Source: a virus (lineage: Duplodnaviria > Caudoviricetes). From it: a stretch of DNA of 64,000 nucleotides. The notes below the pieces were generated by a model. The model did no database searches, was not told the origin of the DNA, and was given only the letters and a program-made list of their open reading frames with translations. The position numbers and the translations under genes are program-made. Positions 29,092-38,026 of this stretch are shown here, piece after piece. The stretch covers positions 64,001-128,000 of IMG/VR virus record IMGVR_UViG_3300003375_000001, one strand, 5' to 3'. Numbering within the stretch: the stretch's first letter is position 1; the number at the start of each line of letters is the position of its first letter.

Positions 29092-29726
29092 AAAACAGCA
29101 TTCTTCCTTTTCCTACAGGTGACCTTGAGCCACAACACCGGTCAAAGACACTAAACAATCATTTGATATCTAGGTCGGTTGAATACGGGAAGGAACTCCC
29201 TTTTCTTCTAAGCGACAAGATAATATTGGTTAGGGAGTATTTCTTAACGGAAGTACTCCCCTTATTCCTTGCTCTGGACACAGGGATGGACGATGCAACT
29301 GACGTGGTTCGTCTTACCTTAGACGATGAACCCTCAGCCAGTTCCTTTGAAAGCATGCTACGCGATGCAACCATAGAAGCGTTAGCCATAAAGCTAACGT
29401 CTTTTGTCATCAACTACGTTGGCCTAGACAAAGAACAAGCCACGTTGTTTATGATGACCTTTATATCTAGAACACTAAAAGGCGCCGATCATGGCCACGT
29501 TGCCGAAGCCCTCATGCGCAAAATGCAGCAGATACCTGAGTTGCCGAGACCCTCAAAAGACAAAGCCCCGGTACTCGTGCGAGAAGTTCAAAAGGCTAAC
29601 GGAGATTCACGACGTAAGCGAACTGACGGAGATGAGCCTAACGATTCCCCGAGGGGAAGACGAGGACCTGCTAGTAAGACGGCAGCCAAAGCTAAAGAAG
29701 TCTCCAAGCGGAATCCTCGTACCTGA
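29088..29726 (+). CDS. hypothetical protein overlapping terminase (possible small terminase)
   Basis: GTGA-coupled; helical body and basic disordered tail overlapping terL by 236 nt. Confidence 0.5.
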   Translation: MKNSILPFPTGDLEPQHRSKTLNNHLISRSVEYGKELPFLLSDKIILVREYFLTEVLPLFLALDTGMDDATDVVRLTLDDEPSASSFESMLRDATIEALAIKLTSFVINYVGLDKEQATLFMMTFISRTLKGADHGHVAEALMRKMQQIPELPRPSKDKAPVLVREVQKANGDSRRKRTDGDEPNDSPRGRRGPASKTAAKAKEVSKRNPRT

Positions 29727-31704
29727 TGATACCATCGTCATCGATGACGCCATTGACATACCAGATGACGCGGAAGATAACTTCATAGCTAAGGCCATGG
29801 AGAGAGCATACGATCCCATAACCAATACCGTCAGGGATCTAAAGATAGACGACTCTCATATACCTGTTGCTGCAAACTTCTACGACTTCTGTGCCAACCA
29901 TGCCGGCAAGAACGTCAAGATGCCCTTTGCTAGGCAGCTATGGATAGCGATGTACCTGTTTGGTGAGGTATGCAACAAGTGTACGCATGTTAAAGCACAA
30001 GACATGTGGAATGTACCAGTTGACCTTGACCCTCATGTTCTAAATAGGAAGATGGTCTTTCTAAGGTTTGGAAAATGTCCAAGCTGCAAGTCAACTAAGT
30101 TTGAATTGATTAGAGACGGCTACCTTAACGACTACACCGAGTTGGTATTGGTCGGTGGCCAGCGTCTGGGGAAATCTACGCTTACTGCCAGCATGCTAGC
30201 CTACGCATTGCACCGCATGCTAACAGCTCCAAAGCTATCCACTATAGCACGAGGTATTCAAGACTTTACACCGCTAGTAGGCTCGTTTGTAGCTCTGACG
30301 GTTACTAAGGCGACAGGCCTACTGTGGAAGCCTGTCCGAGAAATGATAGCCGCGTCTGCATGGTTCGACAACTATTTTGACATGCTTAAAGACGCAGGTC
30401 GTAGATATGGTAGAGAGTTCTTCCAGTTTACGCCAACGGGGACCTACCTTCGCTTCTTTCATAAGAACATCGACCTATATCCCGAAGGCCCTAGCAAGAG
30501 AACACTTCGGGGGTCAACTCGCTGGGTTGCAGCGACAGACGAATTGGGTCATTTTCCTTTTGACGCCAAAGCTGACCAGGAAGACTACGAGGACGAACGT
30601 GAACGGGCTAACGCGGACGAAGTGCATACTGTCCTTAATACCTCGTTGTCTACAGTTCAAACAGAAGTTATGAGCTTCTATAAGAAGGGCATATTTACTG
30701 TTCCTCAAGCGTTGAACATAAGCATCTCCTCTCCTGCGTCGTGGAAAGACAAAATTTGTCGTTTGTATAAAGAGTCGGAAGGCTCTAAACAAGTTCTAGC
30801 CATTAAGGCTGCCACTTGGGAAATATCACCCATCTTCACGCGTGACCACCCTGTAATTACTAAAGCCTACCACAGTAATGCCAGGCGTGCTGATCGAGAC
30901 TACGGGGCTAATCCTCCTTCCCTGTCTTCTACCATATTCAACAAGGAACAGATAAAAGACCTGTTTTGTTTAGATCCTTTATACGCCATCTTGTACGGAG
31001 TGGGCTCAGACAAGACACAAGGCAAGGCCATAGAACTTATGAAGCCTGCCGTCTTCTATCCTGCTATACTAGGTCTTGACGCAGGCTATACAAACAATGC
31101 CTTTGGTTTATCTCTGACGTATCAGACACCAGAAGGTCTTGTCAAGTGCCCTAGTGTTCTGGAAGTAGTTCCACAACCAGGTAAGAAGATCGACTTCGTT
31201 TACCTATACGAAAATATCATCAAGCCTATCATCAAGCACTGTAACGTTAAGTGGGTAGTAGCTGACAGATGGAATTCTATTCATGTCCTTCAGAGCATTG
31301 ACACTGACTTCAAGGGTGTAGTAAAGACCAGCATCTATTCACTACGCAAGAAGGACTTTGACGCGTACATAGAACTTGTAGGCGCTGGTCTACTATTGAT
31401 GCCTAAGCTCGAACTAGATCATGAGCGTGTGGAAGTGGTGACTGACTATAAGAAAGACCTGCTTCAGTACCCGGCAGCTCACTTGTATTTGCAACATCTT
31501 ACTGTGCAAGAAATAGGTGGTATTCTAGACAAAGGCTCAGGCTATACCGATGACTTGTTTAGAGCTACAGTTATATCAGCCGTTCACCACTTCAACCCCA
31601 AAATCTCTGAGTACCTTAAAGAGTTTCAACCCGTAGAACGCGAGGCTCAGGATATAAGATCGGTAGTACTGGTAGTAGGTCGAAGCGGGATGGGCTATCG
31701 TTGA
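29491..31704 (+). CDS. terL: terminase large subunit
   Basis: GGQRLGKS Walker A, ATDELGH Walker B, ISISSP, nuclease LGLDAG, VVADRWNS, GYTDDLFRA. Confidence 0.9.
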   Translation: MATLPKPSCAKCSRYLSCRDPQKTKPRYSCEKFKRLTEIHDVSELTEMSLTIPRGEDEDLLVRRQPKLKKSPSGILVPDDTIVIDDAIDIPDDAEDNFIAKAMERAYDPITNTVRDLKIDDSHIPVAANFYDFCANHAGKNVKMPFARQLWIAMYLFGEVCNKCTHVKAQDMWNVPVDLDPHVLNRKMVFLRFGKCPSCKSTKFELIRDGYLNDYTELVLVGGQRLGKSTLTASMLAYALHRMLTAPKLSTIARGIQDFTPLVGSFVALTVTKATGLLWKPVREMIAASAWFDNYFDMLKDAGRRYGREFFQFTPTGTYLRFFHKNIDLYPEGPSKRTLRGSTRWVAATDELGHFPFDAKADQEDYEDERERANADEVHTVLNTSLSTVQTEVMSFYKKGIFTVPQALNISISSPASWKDKICRLYKESEGSKQVLAIKAATWEISPIFTRDHPVITKAYHSNARRADRDYGANPPSLSSTIFNKEQIKDLFCLDPLYAILYGVGSDKTQGKAIELMKPAVFYPAILGLDAGYTNNAFGLSLTYQTPEGLVKCPSVLEVVPQPGKKIDFVYLYENIIKPIIKHCNVKWVVADRWNSIHVLQSIDTDFKGVVKTSIYSLRKKDFDAYIELVGAGLLLMPKLELDHERVEVVTDYKKDLLQYPAAHLYLQHLTVQEIGGILDKGSGYTDDLFRATVISAVHHFNPKISEYLKEFQPVEREAQDIRSVVLVVGRSGMGYR

Positions 31705-31754
31705 CCTCATTTTCATGAAGCTTTTCGGAAACAAATTCAAGCCAAGAGGCATCT

Positions 31755-32411
31755 ATGACTAATTCTACAAATCAACAAGTTGCGGCGTATCACGCGTCCG
31801 CTCAGCTTGCTCTAGGTGCTGCACTTCAGAGGAAGCTTAACGTCAACACTCTTCCTCTTGTTGATGTTACTATCCCTTTGTCTGATCCTGTTTCAGGTTC
31901 AATTAAGAATCAGGCCGTCACTGTAGCTTTCTCAGCGCCAACAGGTACAGCTGGCCAAGTCTGGTTAAATGTATCACCCCAGTCCCCTACTTACGAGGAA
32001 TTTCTAGTTTATACCAATGGTGGCTGGAACGTTATTCCTCCAGGTTCCCTAGTATATAATCCAGCGTCCATTGTTGGCGTTACTGCTACTAACGTAACGC
32101 CAAACGCTACCACGTCGTCTACCGCTACGTCCGGAACTGTACAGTTGACCACGGCTAGCAACAGACTTCAGCGTTTCAATAACGCGCTTACAGCGAATAC
32201 CGTTGTCGCTACCCCAGTGACAGGCGGCCAGGACGGTATGGAATTCGAGATCGTTAGAGACGCAGGTACACCGGGTGCATTTACTCTAACAATTAGTGAC
32301 GTTACCTCTGGTAAGTCCTACACCATTGCCAGCAACACGCGTGGCTTTTGTAAAATGCGCTGTATAGGAGCAGGCGGATGGATCGTTTCAGCCGCTGGTA
32401 CACTGCCATGA
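31755..32411 (+). CDS. virion structural/fibre-like protein
   Basis: Thr/Ala/Val-rich, APTG..GQVWLN motif, beta-rich C-terminal domain. Confidence 0.55.
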   Translation: MTNSTNQQVAAYHASAQLALGAALQRKLNVNTLPLVDVTIPLSDPVSGSIKNQAVTVAFSAPTGTAGQVWLNVSPQSPTYEEFLVYTNGGWNVIPPGSLVYNPASIVGVTATNVTPNATTSSTATSGTVQLTTASNRLQRFNNALTANTVVATPVTGGQDGMEFEIVRDAGTPGAFTLTISDVTSGKSYTIASNTRGFCKMRCIGAGGWIVSAAGTLP

Positions 32412-32632
32412 TTAAAGGCATTGATACCGCTTTCTCACGGTGGGTTTCAAAACCCAAAGACGATAGCGTAGCTTCTTCGGCTTCTGCACCTACCAAGGTA
32501 ACCTCTCGTGTTGATATATCAATACCAGATCAGTGCCCCGTGTGCAAAGCTACGATGGGAAAGGCAGAAGCACACGGTATCCCTGTGTACGTCTGCCATA
32601 AGGACAGAGTAGTCCTTCCTCAACCTGATTAA
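32408..32632 (+). CDS. small Zn-ribbon protein
   Basis: ATGA-coupled start 32408; CPVC...VYVCH.DR. Confidence 0.6.
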   Translation: MIKGIDTAFSRWVSKPKDDSVASSASAPTKVTSRVDISIPDQCPVCKATMGKAEAHGIPVYVCHKDRVVLPQPD

Positions 32633-32644
32633 CCGAAACCTCCT

Positions 32645-34474
32645 ATGCTGAAAAATCGCTACTCCGTAACTGGAGGCACGCTTCGCCCCTACGCACAGCC
32701 TTCTTCCCGAGACAACTCTGCTTTGAAAAGTGCTAGGGTGACTGCCAACATGTTACCCGATGTTTCAGCAGGTACTCCAGTAGGGATGATGCCTGCTGGA
32801 GGTGTTGGTTTCAATCGTATGTTCACAGGGATTCTTCCGGAAACAGAAGAGTCCCTGATCCCGTATTACCGGGACTGCTACCAGTTCGACGCGGTGGCAG
32901 GAGCAACTATTGACATCATATCCAGCTTTCCTTTCTCGGACTGGACCTTGACAGGTATTGACTCTGAGGAAATGAAGCCGTTTAACGATACGCTTAGTCG
33001 TATCAATATGAGAGCCTTGCTACCAGAGATATCTAACTGCTATCTCAAAGACGGTGCATTCATAGGCTCTCTTATATATGACGCACGGACATCAACATTT
33101 CAAGACATCATGGTTCATGACCGTCTTAACTGTTCGATAACGCATTCGCCTCTGTTCTCTCAAGAGCCTATAATCAAGGCTAACTCTGCGCAGTACCTTA
33201 ACGCGTTTATACACTCGGATTCTCCTTATGTCCGAAAGATCATGGAGTCTTATCCTAAGGCCGTGATCGATGCCTTTACGCAAGGTGAAGCTGTTCTAGA
33301 CCCTGTCACCACTATCTATGTGCCTAGGCGCACGCAGGTAGACCAGGTAACAACTTCTTACCTGAAACGTTTGCTGCCTTTCTACATTCTAGAAAAGACT
33401 CTGTTTAGAGGAACGCTAATAGAGGCTACTAAACGCATGCGGGCTACTACCCATGTGCAGCTAGGAACAGACGTTTGGGAGCCAACGCCTAAGGAAATGC
33501 AGCAGGTTCTAGCTCAGTTCCAGATGTCTGAAATGGATCCTCTTGGCGCGTGGGTAGTTACCCGCCAAGGCGTTCAGGTTCAAGACATTCGCCAGGCAGG
33601 TGAAATGTGGAAGTGGACAGACGTTATCGACACGTTAGTCCCACATAAGCTTCGTGCTCTAGGTATCTCTGAAGCATTTTTGGCAGGAGACGCCGCCTAC
33701 GCAACAGCAGAAACTGCTATGACAGTGTTCCTCGAAAACATGGAAGGCTTTCGAGACTTTGTGAAGTACAAGACCTTTGACACAAAGATGTTCCCTCTTA
33801 TAGCCGTCATGCATCGACTGTTCAAAGATCCTACTAAGGCTAAGGCAAATACCACTGCCGAAAACTTGATGTATAACCTGTCGGATCGTACTAATCTTAA
33901 GATTCCTGACTTGCAGTGGCATAAGAAACTCATCACGAAGGACGCTAGTGAATTCGATCTGCTGGACAAGCTGAGTGAAAAGGGTCTGCCTATTCCGTTG
34001 AAGATGTTGGCTGCTGCCGGTGGAATTGATTTAAGCAGCCTACTGCAAGACTTAAAGGAAGATAGAGAGATTAGGGGAAAGATTTCCGCTGCGACAGGGG
34101 TGCCTATGCCTGCGTCGAATCAAGGTTCAGGCAATCCTGGAAGTGGCGGTGGCGATGATGACGGTGGAATGGGTTACTCTGAAGCTTCCTTGCAAAAGCT
34201 AGAAGCCCGTGCAGAACTACGTTCGCTGGCTAACCCCGTTCTAAACCGCCGCCGTTCTATCTTGCAGCGTGACTACGGAGAATCTGCTGTACCGTTGCGC
34301 ACGTCCAAGTCAGGTAAAGTACTTCACTCGGTTTATAACGAACACAAGGCTGTGCGCAAGCACGATGAGATCATCGCTAAGGCTGCTAAGAACTTGCGTG
34401 ACCCAGAAACGCGTGCCCGTGTCCGTGCCAAGATCATTGAACGAGTTGGACGTATGCCCAACGTAATCAAGTAA
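32645..34474 (+). CDS. portal protein
   Basis: 609 aa helical protein between terminase and protease; YRDCY..D.VAGA.ID, LF.G.F.G, clip-like GAWVVTRQGVQV. Confidence 0.7.
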   Translation: MLKNRYSVTGGTLRPYAQPSSRDNSALKSARVTANMLPDVSAGTPVGMMPAGGVGFNRMFTGILPETEESLIPYYRDCYQFDAVAGATIDIISSFPFSDWTLTGIDSEEMKPFNDTLSRINMRALLPEISNCYLKDGAFIGSLIYDARTSTFQDIMVHDRLNCSITHSPLFSQEPIIKANSAQYLNAFIHSDSPYVRKIMESYPKAVIDAFTQGEAVLDPVTTIYVPRRTQVDQVTTSYLKRLLPFYILEKTLFRGTLIEATKRMRATTHVQLGTDVWEPTPKEMQQVLAQFQMSEMDPLGAWVVTRQGVQVQDIRQAGEMWKWTDVIDTLVPHKLRALGISEAFLAGDAAYATAETAMTVFLENMEGFRDFVKYKTFDTKMFPLIAVMHRLFKDPTKAKANTTAENLMYNLSDRTNLKIPDLQWHKKLITKDASEFDLLDKLSEKGLPIPLKMLAAAGGIDLSSLLQDLKEDREIRGKISAATGVPMPASNQGSGNPGSGGGDDDGGMGYSEASLQKLEARAELRSLANPVLNRRRSILQRDYGESAVPLRTSKSGKVLHSVYNEHKAVRKHDEIIAKAAKNLRDPETRARVRAKIIERVGRMPNVIK

Positions 34475-34484
34475 GGACATCATC

Positions 34485-35603
34485 ATGGAAACACTAGGTG
34501 TTCTGTGGGATACGGCCACCACAAGACTTGCTAACGCAATTATCATGGACGTTCTATCCATGCAGCATGAGTGGCCTGATCTTAAGCTGTATGTACCTCA
34601 GATAGCAGAGTCCGAAGAATTGTCTATGGCCTTGAGGGCTTTGGGTGTACCTACAGTTACCGACGCGCATACCGAGGTCTGGAAACTGTACTATGAAAAG
34701 GAATGCCCCGTAGCCCCTGAATCCGCTCAACACGTTTACAAACGTAAGTTGGACGACGGTGTCAAAGACCTGTCTATGCTGCCTGGTGTTACAAACTACC
34801 CCGCGTTCAAAGACCGTACGCGACCTGCGCCTCCCTACGCGAATCCTTTTAATAAGCCGCGTCCGCAACACCCCAAGATGAACGTTGACCTGTTCTTACC
34901 TCCTTGGGCTTATCAGTGGGCATCAACGATAACAAATACGGAGAAGGCTATGGCCGATTCTATCCTCGAAAGCAATAGCAGTAGTGAACTCGGGTTTGAG
35001 AAATGGTTACCCTTCGCTGCTCAAGCGTACAATCTCAGTACCAACGTGAAAGACTATCTGATTCATCCTGCAATGGTGATGATGTCGGATGTCCCTAATA
35101 GAAATGGTGTAGCTTTTCCTTTGAAAGAACTTATCAAGTGGAACTCTGACCATGGGATGCAGGCCTATCGCACTTGGATAGGCAAGCCAATGTTTGAAGA
35201 GCACCGCTCTGACGTATTGAAAACGGCTATAGGCATCGTCATAGACGTGTCTCTATCTCCGTTAGTCGGTTATGCCAACGGCAAGGTATACAAGGTGATG
35301 GCACTTATAGCTATCGATAGGACAAAGAATTCTGACCTTGCTAGACGCATTGAAGCAGGTGAACAGAATACCTATAGCATGGGCGCTTATGTAGGAGGGT
35401 ATCACTGCTCTTACTGTGATGAAGAAGTAGGCAAGTGTGGACACATAGACCCTCGCGACCCTGTCACCTTCTACGAGCAAAACGGCAGACTGGTATACAA
35501 AAACGTCTTTGATGTTGCCGGCTACGAATTTAGCTCTGTGGAAGATCCAGCTTACATATTCTGTACGGATACGCGTGACGGCTTAGTGCTAGATCATACC
35601 TAA
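34485..35603 (+). CDS. prohead/capsid maturation protease
   Basis: WIGKPMFEEH, GIVID, YSMGA..(catalytic Ser), CSYC...CGH, YEFSSVEDPA. Confidence 0.8.
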   Translation: METLGVLWDTATTRLANAIIMDVLSMQHEWPDLKLYVPQIAESEELSMALRALGVPTVTDAHTEVWKLYYEKECPVAPESAQHVYKRKLDDGVKDLSMLPGVTNYPAFKDRTRPAPPYANPFNKPRPQHPKMNVDLFLPPWAYQWASTITNTEKAMADSILESNSSSELGFEKWLPFAAQAYNLSTNVKDYLIHPAMVMMSDVPNRNGVAFPLKELIKWNSDHGMQAYRTWIGKPMFEEHRSDVLKTAIGIVIDVSLSPLVGYANGKVYKVMALIAIDRTKNSDLARRIEAGEQNTYSMGAYVGGYHCSYCDEEVGKCGHIDPRDPVTFYEQNGRLVYKNVFDVAGYEFSSVEDPAYIFCTDTRDGLVLDHT

Positions 35604-35609
35604 CATCCT

Positions 35610-36434
35610 ATGCCGTCCGCTTCTTACTATACTCAGGTTGCTGCGGACTGTATAACTCTTGCCGCAGCTCAAGGGCTAAGCTCGTCCACACCGTCAGTAG
35701 TGGTTAACTACTACGTCCTTAATCCTGCGGGCACACCTGCGTTTTATACACAAATAACCGTAGCGTATTCTCTACCAGCCAGCATTGAGGGTACGGTATT
35801 TGTAGGAGCTAACCCACTAGTACCAGGTCAGTATAAAAAGATATTCGTCTACACCAGTGGGCAGTGGTATTTCTTATATCCTGCGGGTGTGCTATGGAGT
35901 TCTATAGCTCCTGAAGGACTTCTTACATCTGCCCAGATGATTGAAGGAGCGCTAAGTGTAGTAGGATATAATCCTTTAAATAACACGGCACTTAAGCCTG
36001 ACGGAACTGTCTTTTCTAGTAGTGGCAGCTCTGGAGGAGGATCATCTTCTTCTAGCAGTACTTTGTACGGTCCGTACGTGGCTACTGTAGACATGACCGC
36101 TGGCGTACCTGTATACATAAGGCGCTCTGACGGTCACTTAGACGAGGCCGACGCGTCCGTTTATACCAAGTGTTTTGTGATGGGTCTAACCCAAGCGTAT
36201 GTGGCTGCAGGTCATTCTGTGCAGGTGCAGACAGGTCCAGTTACGTTGTCCGATTGGACTTCTATAGCTGGCTCAACTTCTTTAGTCATAGGCGTCCCCT
36301 ACTTTTTGAACATTGGTGGCGGAATAACCACCGTGCCTCCCGTTTCTACAGGAAGCGTTGGCTCTTGCTTAGTAGGATACTCTGCTGACTCCCAGACTCT
36401 AATAGTCAAACCTTCTTCTCCAATCCTTTTATAA
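35610..36434 (+). CDS. virion decoration/fibre protein with C-terminal capsid-cement-like domain
   Basis: G.PVY...., GL....G..V...G.V, W..I.G...L..G..YFL...G.T..P...G, ends PILL. Confidence 0.65.
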   Translation: MPSASYYTQVAADCITLAAAQGLSSSTPSVVVNYYVLNPAGTPAFYTQITVAYSLPASIEGTVFVGANPLVPGQYKKIFVYTSGQWYFLYPAGVLWSSIAPEGLLTSAQMIEGALSVVGYNPLNNTALKPDGTVFSSSGSSGGGSSSSSSTLYGPYVATVDMTAGVPVYIRRSDGHLDEADASVYTKCFVMGLTQAYVAAGHSVQVQTGPVTLSDWTSIAGSTSLVIGVPYFLNIGGGITTVPPVSTGSVGSCLVGYSADSQTLIVKPSSPILL

Positions 36435-36446
36435 AAGGCAATTATC

Positions 36447-36935
36447 ATGGCAGTTCGTACACCCCTGGTTCTCGGTTCAGACGGCATCGCTCAACAGCTT
36501 CAGTCTGGCGATACTATTTCTGTGCCTTCTAATACACCTAGCATTAGGTCTGTCACTAATGGCGAGTCTTCTGCTGCCTTGACTATAGGTATGCCTGTAT
36601 ACGCAAGTGCGGCGGACACCGTAAAACGTGGTCAAGCCAATGCGAAGTCTACTAGCTATCTAGCAGGCTTAGTCTACGATGCCACAATTGCAGCCGCGGC
36701 TAACGGTAACATCGCACAATCGGGTGTTCTGGTTGCTACTACAACGCAGTGGGACGCAGTGGCAGGTACAAGTGGTGGCCTTGTGTTTAATACCAACTAT
36801 TTTCTCGATCCAGCCAACGTAGGTAAGCTTACGTCTACTGTCCCTACAACTGTGGGTCAATGCAACGTGCTAGTAGGTCGTGCAATTTCGTCCACAGAAC
36901 TTGAAGTTCTATTGCGTGATCCTATTCTGCTGTGA
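36447..36935 (+). CDS. capsid decoration/cement-like protein, paralog of upstream C-terminal domain
   Basis: same motif series ending PILL. Confidence 0.7.
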   Translation: MAVRTPLVLGSDGIAQQLQSGDTISVPSNTPSIRSVTNGESSAALTIGMPVYASAADTVKRGQANAKSTSYLAGLVYDATIAAAANGNIAQSGVLVATTTQWDAVAGTSGGLVFNTNYFLDPANVGKLTSTVPTTVGQCNVLVGRAISSTELEVLLRDPILL

Positions 36936-37204
36936 CCACTAGACTTCCTCTGGTATTAGGTGACGACGGAGAACCTCAGCAGTTACAGTCTGGGGATTCC
37001 GTCGCTTTAATAATACCAGAATTAACCTCAGACCCCGCGTCACCCATTAACGGACAGGCGTGGGTGCTGAATACCACGTTAAATGCAGCTGGAACACTTC
37101 AAGCGTTCATAGGTAGCTTTCCTGTAGTTACCCCGACAGTGCAAAGCGCGTTTCAGCTATCGTTTGCGTCGTCTCAGGGTACAAAAAGGATAACAATGTC
37201 ATGA
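36932..37204 (+). CDS. small virion fibre protein
   Basis: GTGA-coupled; N-terminus PLVLG.DG..QQLQSGD shared with preceding gene. Confidence 0.6.
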   Translation: MTTRLPLVLGDDGEPQQLQSGDSVALIIPELTSDPASPINGQAWVLNTTLNAAGTLQAFIGSFPVVTPTVQSAFQLSFASSQGTKRITMS

Positions 37205-38025
37205 GTGATTCGCACCTTAATGTACTCCAGGCTGCTTCCGGCGGAACAGCCGTAGCTACTATAACTTATACTGACTCTACCTCAACAGTAGTTCAGGCGT
37301 CAAAAACCGTAAACATAGACGCTAGTGGTAACCCTCTTAGCTCTCTGTCCTTTGCTAGTTTGTACGGTGAAGTTACCGCAGTGGGCGGATCAGTATTCGC
37401 GGCTAGTGCTTACAATAGCGTGTATACTATAGCGGCATCAGGTACATCTCCAGTAACTACTGGCTGGGAAAACGTACTGGCTGGTTCTAACATATCGATT
37501 CTTCTAACCAACACACAGGCATGTACCTTATCAGTGTATGCTTCTATTGACTCTAACGGTACGTATCAGCAACCGGTTGTAGTTTTCACTCTGGCTCAGA
37601 ATCAAGGTTTAGAAGTAAGCTTTCCTGCCAACGGTAATTACTACCAATATGTGGTTACCAACACAAGCGGGTCTTCCGGAACATTCAACCTTAACGTATA
37701 CTACGGCAGCATAGGCAGCAGTGGGCCTCTACCACTATCTTTAGCTCAGACTGTAACGCAGGCTATGCCTACTGGCTTGCAGAATGGTAAAGTTGGCGTA
37801 AGTGCTACGGCTGCGTCTTTAGGCTTAGGTATTTTGGGTGTTGGCGTAGTGGTAAGAGCATCAGGTGCCAATACTGCAAGCATATTTGTGGGCAACTCTT
37901 CTGTTTCAACAACAACTGGTTATGAGTTATCTCCGGGAGAGGCAGTTTCCCTAACGGTGTCTAACCTGTCTCAAGTATACGTTATAGCTGCCGCAGCTCA
38001 AAGCTGTACCTACATAGGATCTTAA
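37201..38025 (+). CDS. virion fibre/structural protein
   Basis: Ser/Thr/Gly-rich beta protein with C-terminal V.V.A...NT..IFVG.S.V....GYEL.PG..V motif. Confidence 0.65.
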   Translation: MSDSHLNVLQAASGGTAVATITYTDSTSTVVQASKTVNIDASGNPLSSLSFASLYGEVTAVGGSVFAASAYNSVYTIAASGTSPVTTGWENVLAGSNISILLTNTQACTLSVYASIDSNGTYQQPVVVFTLAQNQGLEVSFPANGNYYQYVVTNTSGSSGTFNLNVYYGSIGSSGPLPLSLAQTVTQAMPTGLQNGKVGVSATAASLGLGILGVGVVVRASGANTASIFVGNSSVSTTTGYELSPGEAVSLTVSNLSQVYVIAAAAQSCTYIGS

Positions 38026-38026
38026 C

